Assembly (NCBI GenBank): GCA_002773945.1
Contig: PEZT01000010.1
Coordinates: 4,028 to 68,027, forward strand
Length of the DNA stretch: 64,000 nucleotides
Direction: 5' to 3'
From: Candidatus Beckwithbacteria bacterium CG10_big_fil_rev_8_21_14_0_10_34_10
Lineage (GTDB): Bacteria > Patescibacteriota > Microgenomatia > UBA1400
Shown: one piece after another, positions 28,388 through 38,409 of the stretch
Numbering within the stretch: position 1 is the first letter of the stretch
Layout: each line of letters begins with the position of its first letter
Notes under the pieces: generated by a model
The model's input: the letters and a program-made list of their open reading frames with translations, nothing else
What the model was told of the DNA's origin: nothing
Database searches by the model: none
Made by a program: the position numbers and the translations under genes

Positions 28388-29193
28388 TAATATTCTTCTT
28401 TTTCTAATAACTGGCTATCAAGTTTTTTATATATCTTTTCCATTGACTCTTTCTTCTGCAACTGCCAAAGCTTGACGTAAATAATAAAAGCGTTAAAAAC
28501 TTGATAAACCACAGCAATAAAACCTTCCATCCCTTCCGTCAACCCCTGTTTAATTATTCCCCGCTGCCAAAATTCTCGGAAACCAGCAGTTATAAAATTC
28601 CACCATTTGACTTTTGAATGATTGGCTTGAAAAAGCAAAGCAGCTTCAAGATCAGTATAATTAATTGTTTTCCTAAGACACCAATTAATTCCCCTGTGAG
28701 TTAAATGAATTATGGATCCTTTAAGTTTACCCATTTTACCTTTTATTTTAGGATACTCATGGAGTTTTCCCTGCCATTTGATTAACTCATTTTTATTAAT
28801 TAATCTTGTTTGTAAATCTGGATACCAACCACCCTTTCTTAAGAATTTTCCCAAAATATAATTCTGGCGCTTAACTTGAAAAGCAAAAATATTTTTAGAC
28901 GGCCTTAAGTTATCGATTTCTTTTTTTAAAGACCTTGTCATCCTTTCATCAGCATCAAGATAAAAAATCCAATCAGAAGTAGCTTTTTTAGCGGCAAAGT
29001 TTCTTTGGGAAGAAAAACCTTGCCATTTGTTATGAAAAACCTTGCTCTTATAAAGTCGACAGATTTCCAGGGTTTTATCAATACTGCCACCATCAATAAT
29101 AACAATTTCACCAGCCCAACCACTAACTGACTTTAAACAATTAGTAATAAAGTTTTCATTATTTTGAGTTAAAATTAAAACGCTAACTTTCAT
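28387..29193 (-). CDS. GT2 family glycosyltransferase (DADE-type), paralog of 26066-26845
   Basis: VSVLILTQNNENFI, IIDGGSIDKT and YLDADERMT motifs. Confidence 0.75.
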   Translation of the reverse strand: MKVSVLILTQNNENFITNCLKSVSGWAGEIVIIDGGSIDKTLEICRLYKSKVFHNKWQGFSSQRNFAAKKATSDWIFYLDADERMTRSLKKEIDNLRPSKNIFAFQVKRQNYILGKFLRKGGWYPDLQTRLINKNELIKWQGKLHEYPKIKGKMGKLKGSIIHLTHRGINWCLRKTINYTDLEAALLFQANHSKVKWWNFITAGFREFWQRGIIKQGLTEGMEGFIAVVYQVFNAFIIYVKLWQLQKKESMEKIYKKLDSQLLEKEEY

Positions 29194-29936
29194 TTTTTAA
29201 ACAATCTCCCCTCTTTATTAAAAACATATAGAAATAAAGTCCATATAATTCCTAAGCCGTATTTAACTGAATTCCAAAAACTGGCTGAAGAAGCTTCGGG
29301 AAAATAGCGGACTGGAACGGGAATTTCACCTACTTTAAAATTATTAGCCACGGCTGAAATTAAAATCTCCTGATCAAAAACAAAACTATTAGACATTCTC
29401 ATAAAAGGAATTTTTTCTAAAGCTTTAGCTGAGTAAGCCCTAAATCCGGTATGATATTCAGATAAAGTCAAACCTAAAACCACATTCTCTAAAATTGTTA
29501 AAAAACGATTAGGAAAATATTTCCAACTAGGCATGCCTCCGTCAAAAGCTTCTTGCCGAGAACGAATCCTTGAACCCAGCATAATGTCAGCCCTGCCTTT
29601 AGTAATCGGATAAATTAACTCCCTGGTTAAAGTGGCATCATACTGATAATCAGGATGAATCATAACCACAATGTCTGGCTTTCTTTTTAAAGCCTCCCAA
29701 TAGCAAGTTTTTTGATTTCCCCCGTAACCTAAATTAGAAGAATGAAGAAAAACTTTTAACTTAAGCTTCTTAGCTATTCTAACCGTTTTGTCAGAAGAAC
29801 CATCATCAACTAAAATAACCTCATTAACCAAATCTTTTGGGATATCATTATATGTTTTTTCTAAGGTTTTAGCCGCGTTATAAGCCGGCATAATAACAAC
29901 TACTTTTGGTTTTTTTTTACCTTTTAATTCTGGCAT
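29190..29936 (-). CDS. GT2 polyprenyl-phosphate sugar synthase (Dpm1-like)
   Basis: IMPAYNAAKT, LVDDGSSDKT, HPDYQYD and HTGFRAYS motifs. Confidence 0.7.
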   Translation of the reverse strand: MPELKGKKKPKVVVIMPAYNAAKTLEKTYNDIPKDLVNEVILVDDGSSDKTVRIAKKLKLKVFLHSSNLGYGGNQKTCYWEALKRKPDIVVMIHPDYQYDATLTRELIYPITKGRADIMLGSRIRSRQEAFDGGMPSWKYFPNRFLTILENVVLGLTLSEYHTGFRAYSAKALEKIPFMRMSNSFVFDQEILISAVANNFKVGEIPVPVRYFPEASSASFWNSVKYGLGIIWTLFLYVFNKEGRLFKK

Positions 29937-31647
29937 ATTTTTTTATTCCCAAGCTAATAAAAACTATTAAAGTCAGGAATGATACTAAGTTGCTAACTAA
30001 TCTTAACTTTGTCTCTTTAAAAATTAACTCGACTAAATGATCTCCTTGGGTTAATTTTATCTTTATTCTACCATCATCTTGATAAGAAATCTCAGTTTTT
30101 TTACCATCAATAAACAATTGCCAACCCGGATAATATGCCAGCTTAGTGATAATCTCCGCCTTTTCAGACTCAACCTGACTCTTAAATTTAAAAAAATTAG
30201 ATTTTCTTTCTAAAAGATTATTGTGACTTTCCCCGCTTTCAGGATTAAGCTGGTCTTTCATTTTTTCATTGTTAGTATAGTTAAACCCCCTGGGAGCATA
30301 ATCATTATGTTCACTACTTGTTTCTTCACTCTGCCAATACTCAGAATCAGGAAAATAAGTATACTGATTCACTTTTAAGTGATTCCTGTTCCCATAAAAA
30401 GCTAAAACAAAAATAAAACCAATCAGTCCCCACTTAAAAAAATTATTTTTTAACCCAACCGCCAGGCTGCCAAACAAAATACTGGCGCAAAAAACCGCTA
30501 CCCCTAAAAACCGCCAAGGTATATCGACCATTAAAAACCTATTAATATAAACATAAAGCCAATTGGAATTAGCCAGCATTAAATAAATAGAAAAAAAGAA
30601 AGTTAAAAGAAAAAAAATTATTTTTGAATAAACTACTTTAATAATTTTTTTATTAAATTTAGTAAAAGTAAAAAATAACAAAAGCAAGCTTGTTAAAACA
30701 ACCAGCCACTGGGCAATTCCTACTTGAAAAGACATCATGTCATCTTTCACTCCAGGCATAGAAAAACCATAGCCCCATTTAGAATAAAGCAGTTGTTTTA
30801 AAGTCACAAAATGGGCTTGATAATAACCACCCAGGCCGCCAAAAACATCAGCCACAATCGTATTCTTTCTTTCTAAAGCGGCAGGAAGCCAATAATAAGT
30901 AGTTAAAAGGAGACTTATTAAGCCTGATAAAAAACTAGAAATAAGGTATTTTATCCGCTCTTTGGTTTTAACTAAGTTAAAACCAAACCAGCTAATTAAA
31001 GGAATTAACCATAAAAACAAAGTAATCGCATGAGAAAGAATTACTCCCGCTAAAGAAAAGGCAGTTAAGTTTAACCAAAAGAATTTCTTTTTTGAATTTT
31101 TTCTTAAATTTAATAAACCTAAAAAAACTAAAGGGATAAAGACAAAAGTAACTGCTTCTCCTAAAGCCGCCCTAACAAAAATATTAAGAAATCTGTATGG
31201 CGCCCAAAGATATAAAAATCCACTTAAGAACCCAGCTAACTTTGATGACCAAAGCTTTTTACTAAACCAATACATACTTAAACCAGAGGCAAGATAAGTA
31301 ATAATAAAAACAAACTTTATTGCCCCTCCAAGATTTCCACTAACAAGATACCAACCCTCAGCCAGCCAAAAGGGCAATCTATAGGTAAAAACAAAAAGGG
31401 GATAACCAAATCCAGCCAACGCATTTCCAGCCCATCTTACTGGTAACTGGCCATCAAGTAAACCTTGATGGAAATGTTTTAACCTAATTATTTGATGCCG
31501 ACCGTCATGGCTGGTATAAAAACCCGAATGAAATAAGGATTTTATTCCTAGTAATCCCAAGAGCAACAAAATAACAATATAAATTTTACCTTTCATAAAA
31601 ACCAATTTGTTTAAAAGTTTAAAAATATTTTTATTAGAAATTAGCAC
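29917..31647 (-). CDS. YfhO/PTPS-related-like GT-C-type membrane protein, paralog B
   Basis: FYTSHDGRHQIIRLKHF...PVRWAGNALAGFGYP N-terminal motif and C-terminal YYPGWQLFIDGKKTEISY...GDHLVELIF. Confidence 0.55.
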   Translation of the reverse strand: MLISNKNIFKLLNKLVFMKGKIYIVILLLLGLLGIKSLFHSGFYTSHDGRHQIIRLKHFHQGLLDGQLPVRWAGNALAGFGYPLFVFTYRLPFWLAEGWYLVSGNLGGAIKFVFIITYLASGLSMYWFSKKLWSSKLAGFLSGFLYLWAPYRFLNIFVRAALGEAVTFVFIPLVFLGLLNLRKNSKKKFFWLNLTAFSLAGVILSHAITLFLWLIPLISWFGFNLVKTKERIKYLISSFLSGLISLLLTTYYWLPAALERKNTIVADVFGGLGGYYQAHFVTLKQLLYSKWGYGFSMPGVKDDMMSFQVGIAQWLVVLTSLLLLFFTFTKFNKKIIKVVYSKIIFFLLTFFFSIYLMLANSNWLYVYINRFLMVDIPWRFLGVAVFCASILFGSLAVGLKNNFFKWGLIGFIFVLAFYGNRNHLKVNQYTYFPDSEYWQSEETSSEHNDYAPRGFNYTNNEKMKDQLNPESGESHNNLLERKSNFFKFKSQVESEKAEIITKLAYYPGWQLFIDGKKTEISYQDDGRIKIKLTQGDHLVELIFKETKLRLVSNLVSFLTLIVFISLGIKKYARIKR

Positions 31648-33331
31648 TCAAGGTATAATAAACTTCATTATTAAACTTACTCTTTATTTTAGTAATGACT
31701 CTCTTGTCTAAGGTTTTATCTCCTTTTAAAACATATATCTGCTTTAATTTATCGTTTGGCAGGGGATTATCAACAAAAATATATTTATCAAACTTCTCTA
31801 CCCATTCTAATCCAACCGGATAGCCTGAATATCTTTTTACTTCTTGACTGAATTCTAACGGTGGATATGCCCGGTAAAAAAGCAAATAAGCATAAGCCCC
31901 ATCAGAAGAGATATTAAAAACAATCTCTTCTGCCTCGGTTTCATATCCCTTAAGATAAACCAAAGCTTCTTTTAATCCCGGCTGAAGCTCCGATGGTGGG
32001 TTTTTCCGGTAGTCAATAAAATAGGATTTAGTGAACTGAAAAAAGTTTACCAATAAAACAAACAGCGCTATATAGCCTAAAAATTTAACTTTTCTAAGCA
32101 AAAAGGTTAAGCCTAGGGCAGACAAAAAAATCAAAATTAAAAACATATTTAAAAGTCTAGTGGCATGGGGAGCATCAACAGTCAAAGCTGAAGCTATGGG
32201 AGTCAGAATAAAAAACACCGTCAGAAAAAATTTATTTTCTTTTTTAATCTCCTTGCTTTTTATAAATAACATTAATCCAACCAAGGATAGAAAACCAAGA
32301 ATGAGATAAAAATGAGGCGTTTGGGGAATTTTATGCCAGGGGTGAGTCCCTCCCCCACCAAAAAGAAAATTAGGTGAAAAAGATTTCAAATAATTTTGTA
32401 AAAATATTTTTCCGTAAGCAAGATATTGGTTATAAAAAAGCTTTGCTTTTAAAGAACTTTCAGCCGCCATTTTTAATTGCTTATCATATATATTTAAAGC
32501 AATCTGGGGGTCTCCAAAAATAGTGACTCTCTTTTTCTGCTTGCTAACAGCACTTTGACTTAAAAGAACTAACCCGAAAACAATAAGAATAACTATTAAA
32601 CCAATAATTTGTTTACCAAAGAATCCTTTTTTCTTTTGAAAAAAGTTTATTAAAATAAAAAATCCCCAGGCAATAACAAAGATAGGCCAGATAACTAAAG
32701 AACTTGAATAGGTAAAAAAAGTTAATAAGAAAAAAAGAATAATTAATAAATTTATTTTTCTAAAGCGGTTCTTTACCAGTAAAAAAAGAATTAGAACATT
32801 AAAAAACAAGGCTAAAATGGCTTCAAATGAAAAGCGGGAAAAGAAAATATGCCAAGGAGAAATAGCCAGAAGAAAACTAGCCATTAAGCCGGTTAGTTTC
32901 CCCAACCTAAAACTTTTTTCTGATGACTTAAATAATTCTTTTGTCAGAAAATAAACCATCAAGACCGTTAATCCACCAGTAAAAGCAGCCCAGAAACGAA
33001 CACTAAATTCATTAAGGCCGAAAACAGCAATCGCCATACTGGTAAAATAAATATAAAGAGGTGACTTGTAATCCCCAAATGATTTAAAGCTTAAAGGAAA
33101 CCTTTTCCCCCACTCATCTCTCCCCGTCTTTAAAATACTGTAAGCATTATAGCCGATGGCTGGCTCATCTCTATTAAAAGAAGCTGGAACACTACCTAGG
33201 TTGTAAAAACGAACTATAAATCCTAAAGTAAAAATAAACAATAAAATAAGATCAGTTTTTTTAAACCTTTTTAAAATGAATCCTCTTAAAGCGGTTCCAA
33301 AAGCTTTTAATTTAATTAGTAATTTTTCCAT
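31634..33331 (-). CDS. PMT_2/GT39-GT83-like GT-C glycosyltransferase, tandem paralog 1
   Basis: Loop-1 motif FNRDEPAIGYNAYSILKTGRDEWGKRFPL after TM1, and a PWHIFFSRFSFE motif. Confidence 0.65.
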   Translation of the reverse strand: MEKLLIKLKAFGTALRGFILKRFKKTDLILLFIFTLGFIVRFYNLGSVPASFNRDEPAIGYNAYSILKTGRDEWGKRFPLSFKSFGDYKSPLYIYFTSMAIAVFGLNEFSVRFWAAFTGGLTVLMVYFLTKELFKSSEKSFRLGKLTGLMASFLLAISPWHIFFSRFSFEAILALFFNVLILFLLVKNRFRKINLLIILFFLLTFFTYSSSLVIWPIFVIAWGFFILINFFQKKKGFFGKQIIGLIVILIVFGLVLLSQSAVSKQKKRVTIFGDPQIALNIYDKQLKMAAESSLKAKLFYNQYLAYGKIFLQNYLKSFSPNFLFGGGGTHPWHKIPQTPHFYLILGFLSLVGLMLFIKSKEIKKENKFFLTVFFILTPIASALTVDAPHATRLLNMFLILIFLSALGLTFLLRKVKFLGYIALFVLLVNFFQFTKSYFIDYRKNPPSELQPGLKEALVYLKGYETEAEEIVFNISSDGAYAYLLFYRAYPPLEFSQEVKRYSGYPVGLEWVEKFDKYIFVDNPLPNDKLKQIYVLKGDKTLDKRVITKIKSKFNNEVYYTLSANF

Positions 33332-34992
33332 GAGACAAATGTTTCCATATTTTTTATTTGGCTCCCTTTATAAATTTCTTTTCTGGTACCAATCAATAAA
33401 ACATTCTCAATCTCTTTATCTTTTTCAAAATTTATTGGCCTAAATTCTATTTTACCAACTTCTTTAGTTTCTGAGTAATTCAAAGGCTGATTAGCTAAAA
33501 TCTCTTGCCTTTGATTCTGAAATTCCTCTAGAGAATAATTAGAGTATAAAAGGTAATATAAATAGGGCCGGGCATAAAAATCAGTAAAAACCACTTTCTC
33601 TGCCCTTTTATAATTTTGATTAAGAAAATCAATTGCTTCTCTATAGCCTCCCTGCCAAGCAATAAATGAACGGCTAGAATAATGAACATAGTAATCGTGA
33701 AGATAAAAGAAAAACTGGAAAAATAATAAACAGGAGCCAGCTATTAGAAATATTTTTCTATTTTTAACCACTTTAATTAATTGAAATAATCCAAAACCAC
33801 TAATTATATTTATAAATAAAACTCCATTTAAAGACCTCAAGGCATGAGGAATTTCATAAGGAACACAAGCTGGCAAAAAAGAAACTAATAAAGCTAAGTT
33901 TAAATAAATAAAAAGCTTTTTACTTTTTAAAAACAAATAATATTCTCCATAAATAAAACCTAAAAATGCAATTAGAAACAAAACTCCTACCCTGCCAGAA
34001 GAATGGCGGAGATTAGAATCGCCGGAAAGCAATAGAAACTGTCCAGAAAAATGATCAAAAAAGTGAATTCCTAATTGCTTTCCCTGATACAAAAAACGAT
34101 GATGAATTTTTTTGGCTAAAAAAGAACTACCGTCTTCCTGAATTAATCTATTAGAATATTGAATTAAAAGAATATCTGAAAGAATATTTTTAGTACTTAA
34201 TCTGAATTGGTCTGCTTTAGCGGCCAAAGAAGTATTTTTTAAAGACAGAAAAGACAAATATACTACCATTAAGATAAAAAGAAAAATAGCAATATTTTTA
34301 AAAGATTTTTTCCAAAAGACAAAAAAAGTTAAAACCAGTAGAATTGGTAAAACAATTCTGGCTGAGTAATAAGTATAAATTCCAAAAATAGCAAAAATGG
34401 CTGTTAATCCCAGTAAACCCTTTTTATTTCTCGCTTTTAGAAAAAACAGTAAAGCCAAACTATTAAAAAGCAAGGCTAAATTTCCTTCAAAAGCAGCTCT
34501 GGAAAACTGTAAATGCCAAGGACTAATGGCAAGTAGTAATGAAGCTATTAATGATAAGTATTTAGAATTTAGGCTTGAATATTTAATTTTATCTTTATTA
34601 ATATTTTTATTCTTAAATAGTTCTTGGGTAAGAAAGTAAACTACTAAAACTGTTAAAGTTCCGGCTAAAACTGAAGGAAGACGAATAGCTATCTCCGGAC
34701 TAGTCTTAATCAGTTTAAAAAATGGGACGGCCATTAAAATATAACCAGGCAGTTTATAATCACCCCAAGAAGGATAAATTGGCTGCCACCATGAATTTCC
34801 ATGATGATCTTTACCCGTTAAACTAATTGATTTAGCGTCTAAAGCCATGGCCGCTTCATCCCAATATAATCCAGGAGGTATTTGATTAACTTTATAAACC
34901 CTTAAAATAAAGGCTAATAAAATTACTAGGAATAATAATATTTTATTATTTACTCTTAATTTTAAGTATTTATTTTTAAATTTAAATTTCAT
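33316..34992 (-). CDS. PMT_2/GT39-GT83-like GT-C glycosyltransferase, tandem paralog 2
   Basis: LYWDEAAMALDAKSISLTGKDHHGNSW and PWHLQFSRAAFE motifs. Confidence 0.65.
   Translation of the reverse strand: MKFKFKNKYLKLRVNNKILLFLVILLAFILRVYKVNQIPPGLYWDEAAMALDAKSISLTGKDHHGNSWWQPIYPSWGDYKLPGYILMAVPFFKLIKTSPEIAIRLPSVLAGTLTVLVVYFLTQELFKNKNINKDKIKYSSLNSKYLSLIASLLLAISPWHLQFSRAAFEGNLALLFNSLALLFFLKARNKKGLLGLTAIFAIFGIYTYYSARIVLPILLVLTFFVFWKKSFKNIAIFLFILMVVYLSFLSLKNTSLAAKADQFRLSTKNILSDILLIQYSNRLIQEDGSSFLAKKIHHRFLYQGKQLGIHFFDHFSGQFLLLSGDSNLRHSSGRVGVLFLIAFLGFIYGEYYLFLKSKKLFIYLNLALLVSFLPACVPYEIPHALRSLNGVLFINIISGFGLFQLIKVVKNRKIFLIAGSCLLFFQFFFYLHDYYVHYSSRSFIAWQGGYREAIDFLNQNYKRAEKVVFTDFYARPYLYYLLYSNYSLEEFQNQRQEILANQPLNYSETKEVGKIEFRPINFEKDKEIENVLLIGTRKEIYKGSQIKNMETFVSWKNY
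34486..34524. repeat. 39-nt segment nearly identical (1 mismatch) to 36196-36234 in the neighbouring PMT_2 paralog
   Basis: ttcaaaagcAgctctggaaaactgtaaatgccaaggact compared with ttcaaaagcCgctctggaaaactgtaaatgccaaggact. A second similar block is at 34628-34659 versus 36351-36383. Confidence 0.7.
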
Positions 34993-36695
34993 TGTTCTCT
35001 TATTTCAAAAGCAACATTTTCATCTAAAAAATTAATTGTTTTCAAAAGTCTTCCGGCTGGTATTTCTCCAGCTGATCCCACCATTAGATTCTTTGACCCT
35101 TCTTTTTTTAGACTATCTTCTTCTAAATTAAAAAATACTTTACCTAATCTTGGAATATCAGGTGTTGACTTATATGGTTCAACCAAATCTTGAGCTTTTA
35201 ATGGATCCATTTGAGTGTAAAAAAGATAGTACATATAAGCCCTGCCATAAGCATTAGTTAAATAAATGCTTTCATATTTATTCTCATTTTCCTTAATAAA
35301 GCCGACCGCCTCTTTTAAACCGTATTGCCAATAAGCTGAATAAAGCTTGGGATAATGATGGTAATAAAAATGAAGGTAAAATATAAATTCTATTAAAATT
35401 ATAAAACCAACGGTTAAAAACAATGGTTTTTTATTTATTAACCGTTTTCTTATATAAATAGGAGACTTACTTATAGCAGTAAATAACCCAACTAAGCCCA
35501 AGCTGGAAATAATCATAAAAATTGGAAGGGAAAAAATTGTTCTTAAACTATGAGGGGCGGCTTTAGTAATCGCTCCCGGAACTGGCCCAATTAATAACCA
35601 AGCTAAGATAAGCTGAGCTTGTTTTCTCTTGAAATTCTTTAAAAGAAAAACTACCCCTAAAATTAAAGTAACTATTTCCCAATGATAAAGCTGGCCAAAT
35701 TCTTGGATAGAATGACGAGGGTTTATATCTCCAGACAAAAATAGAAAAGAACCGGAAAAATGGGTAAAGTATTGGTTTAAAAACAAACGGCTATATTCCC
35801 AAAAACGATGATGGATGACTTTTGCCATTACTCCACTCCTATCTTTCTCTATTTTTTTATTTGATTCTAAAACTGGATCTAGGGTAGCAAAAACACTCGT
35901 CTCTTGAAAACGCTGCTGAACCTGGCCGCTTTTTAATGAACTTATTAAAGGAAAAGATAAAACCAAACCTAAAGCTAAAGCCATAATTAAAATTATTTTT
36001 TTTATCTTTAAAGTTCTTTTAAGAAAAACAAAAGTTAAAATCAGAACCAATAAAAAGCTAAAAACCCTCGCTCCGTGATAAGCATATAAAGAAAGACCAA
36101 AACAACCAGCTGAAAATATTAATAAATAGTTCTTTTTAAATGACTTTAGAAAAAGAAAGGCTCCAGTAGAGGTTAAAAACAAGGCTAGATTAGCTTCAAA
36201 AGCCGCTCTGGAAAACTGTAAATGCCAAGGACTTATCGCCAATAATAAGACAGCTATTAGAGGTAAATATTTAAAATTTAAAATTGAATATTTTGAATAT
36301 CTATTTTTATCTTTATAAATATCTATATTTTTACTTTTAAATAGCTCTTTTGTAAGAAAGTAAACCACTAGAACTGTTAGAGTACCAAAGAGGGCTGAGG
36401 GAAAGCGAACGCTAAATTCATTTAAACCAAAGACCGCGATTGAAGGAATTAAAGTATAAACATATAAAGGCGGTTTAAAATCCATAAAAGACTCCAAATA
36501 AACAATTGGCCAGGAGTTTCCCCGATGATCTCTACCTGTTTTTAAAAGTGAATAAGCATCATAACCTAAAGCGGCTTCTTCCCAATATAAAGAAGATGGG
36601 AACTGACTGAGTTTATAAAAACGCAAGAAAACAGCCAATAAAAGCACTAATCCTAAAACCAACCAAACCAAACGACTGTTTTTAATCTTTTTCAT
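34989..36695 (-). CDS. PMT_2/GT39-GT83-like GT-C glycosyltransferase, tandem paralog 3
   Basis: LYWEEAALGYDAYSLLKTGRDHRGNSW and PWHLQFSRAAFE motifs. Closest relative of paralog 2, with shared DNA segments. Confidence 0.65.
   Translation of the reverse strand: MKKIKNSRLVWLVLGLVLLLAVFLRFYKLSQFPSSLYWEEAALGYDAYSLLKTGRDHRGNSWPIVYLESFMDFKPPLYVYTLIPSIAVFGLNEFSVRFPSALFGTLTVLVVYFLTKELFKSKNIDIYKDKNRYSKYSILNFKYLPLIAVLLLAISPWHLQFSRAAFEANLALFLTSTGAFLFLKSFKKNYLLIFSAGCFGLSLYAYHGARVFSFLLVLILTFVFLKRTLKIKKIILIMALALGLVLSFPLISSLKSGQVQQRFQETSVFATLDPVLESNKKIEKDRSGVMAKVIHHRFWEYSRLFLNQYFTHFSGSFLFLSGDINPRHSIQEFGQLYHWEIVTLILGVVFLLKNFKRKQAQLILAWLLIGPVPGAITKAAPHSLRTIFSLPIFMIISSLGLVGLFTAISKSPIYIRKRLINKKPLFLTVGFIILIEFIFYLHFYYHHYPKLYSAYWQYGLKEAVGFIKENENKYESIYLTNAYGRAYMYYLFYTQMDPLKAQDLVEPYKSTPDIPRLGKVFFNLEEDSLKKEGSKNLMVGSAGEIPAGRLLKTINFLDENVAFEIREQ
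36196..36234. repeat. partner copy of the 34486-34524 inter-paralog repeat
   Basis: Direct comparison of the two stretches in the sequence. Confidence 0.7.
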
Positions 36696-38358
36696 TTTCT
36701 GGCTTTAACATTAATCTAACCTGATCAATATCATAAATATTAAAAGCTCCTTCATTATTAGGATATGTTATTTTATCCATTGGCTTAGGAAACCCTTTTA
36801 CTGTTTGAGGATCAACCACTAGAAGAGACTTTTCTGGATAGTTTTTTAAACTCTCCACATTATCAATAAACTCAAACTTACCTAACTTTCTCACCCAAGC
36901 CCAGCCTCCATCTTCAACCTCAACATCTTTTTCTAAGGCAAAATATTCTGCCGGCTTAATCTTAAAGTAAAAAAGGTAGAAAATGTACTGCCGGGCGTCA
37001 TGATTAGCCCTGGAAATATAAATATGATTATAATTAGACTCAACTTCTTTTAAATATTGAAACAGGGGCTTATATTCATAATGACTATACCTTGCTTGCC
37101 TTAAAGGAAAGTAAGTAAAATAGCTAATCAAAAATTCAAATCCAAAAAAGCAGTAAACTAAAATTGGTAGAAGAATAAGAAAAGATAATTTAATTTTCTT
37201 AAGAAAATTAAAAAAATAGACCATTCCCAAGGCGATAAAAATTACTATTGGTAAGACTAAGGGAAAAGCTCTGGTAAAATTTCCCCTGCCCGTTAAAGCA
37301 CTCCCAAATGGGGAAATTAATAGTAAAAAATATAGTATTCTTTTTTTCTCGTTCCTGGCAGAAGCGATTATTCCAATAATAAAAAATAAAATACTAAAGG
37401 AATAGAAATAGGGATAATGGGGTAAAATTGAATAAGCTTTTTCAAAAGCGGGGAAAAATAAAAACTGCGGGCTTAAATGACTAGTGTAGTTAAACAATAA
37501 ATGTTTGGTCCAAAAAACAGGCTTATTAAAAAATAATCGGCAAAATGAAAAAGGGAACTTGGTTAAACAGGCTCCTCTAAATTCATTTAGCTCATCAACA
37601 ATTCCTGTATTTGAAAAAAGACTTAATTGGTAAAACCTTACCAAAAACTTTCCCTGAGTAAAAATAAAGAGAAAAATAGCCGAAATAATTGAAGCTAAAA
37701 ATATCTTAACCGCTAATTTCTTTCTCTGTTTTCTTTCCCTATTAATAAAATAAAGATAAATAAAGGTTAAAGGAAGTAAAATTCTGTAACTATGATATGA
37801 AAAAAAACAAATAAGAGCAATAATTAAACCAAAAAAAAGATAAGCCTTTTTTAACTTGTTCTCTAAAAATAATTTAAAAAAATATAAAGCACCGATAAAG
37901 AAAAATAAACCAATATTAACTTCAGAGGCAGTCCGACTTAAACCAATATGCCAGGGATTAAAGACCAATATAAGTGAAGACAATAAAGCAACTGAATGCT
38001 TTTGCTTCTCCTTATCCAAAAAAAGCAAAACAAAATAGTAAAGTAAAACAACAGTTAAACTCCCTAATAAAACAGAAATTATTTTAGTCCAAAATATTGA
38101 TAAAGGAAAAAACTTAAAAACAATACTTAAAAGATAAATATACACTGGCAACTTCCAATCTCCAAAAGACCTAAACTGAATTGGTAAAAAACTCCCCCAC
38201 TCATCTTTGCCAGTCTGAGAAATTAAATAAGCATTATAGCTTATCGCCGCTTCATCATCAGTTAAGCCAACTGGAACACTCTCCAAAAATAGAACTCTTA
38301 AGAAAAAAGCCACTATAAAAACTAGAAAAAGGATTAGTTTTTGTTTCTTATTAGTCAT
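36682..38358 (-). CDS. PMT_2/GT39-GT83-like GT-C glycosyltransferase, tandem paralog 4
   Basis: GLTDDEAAISYNAYLISQTGKDEWGSFLP and PWHIGLSRTASE motifs. Confidence 0.65.
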   Translation of the reverse strand: MTNKKQKLILFLVFIVAFFLRVLFLESVPVGLTDDEAAISYNAYLISQTGKDEWGSFLPIQFRSFGDWKLPVYIYLLSIVFKFFPLSIFWTKIISVLLGSLTVVLLYYFVLLFLDKEKQKHSVALLSSLILVFNPWHIGLSRTASEVNIGLFFFIGALYFFKLFLENKLKKAYLFFGLIIALICFFSYHSYRILLPLTFIYLYFINRERKQRKKLAVKIFLASIISAIFLFIFTQGKFLVRFYQLSLFSNTGIVDELNEFRGACLTKFPFSFCRLFFNKPVFWTKHLLFNYTSHLSPQFLFFPAFEKAYSILPHYPYFYSFSILFFIIGIIASARNEKKRILYFLLLISPFGSALTGRGNFTRAFPLVLPIVIFIALGMVYFFNFLKKIKLSFLILLPILVYCFFGFEFLISYFTYFPLRQARYSHYEYKPLFQYLKEVESNYNHIYISRANHDARQYIFYLFYFKIKPAEYFALEKDVEVEDGGWAWVRKLGKFEFIDNVESLKNYPEKSLLVVDPQTVKGFPKPMDKITYPNNEGAFNIYDIDQVRLMLKPENEKD

Positions 38359-38409
38359 TTTAAACTTTTTAATTTACATTTTATTAATATTTGTCTTTAT
38401 TTAAAATTA

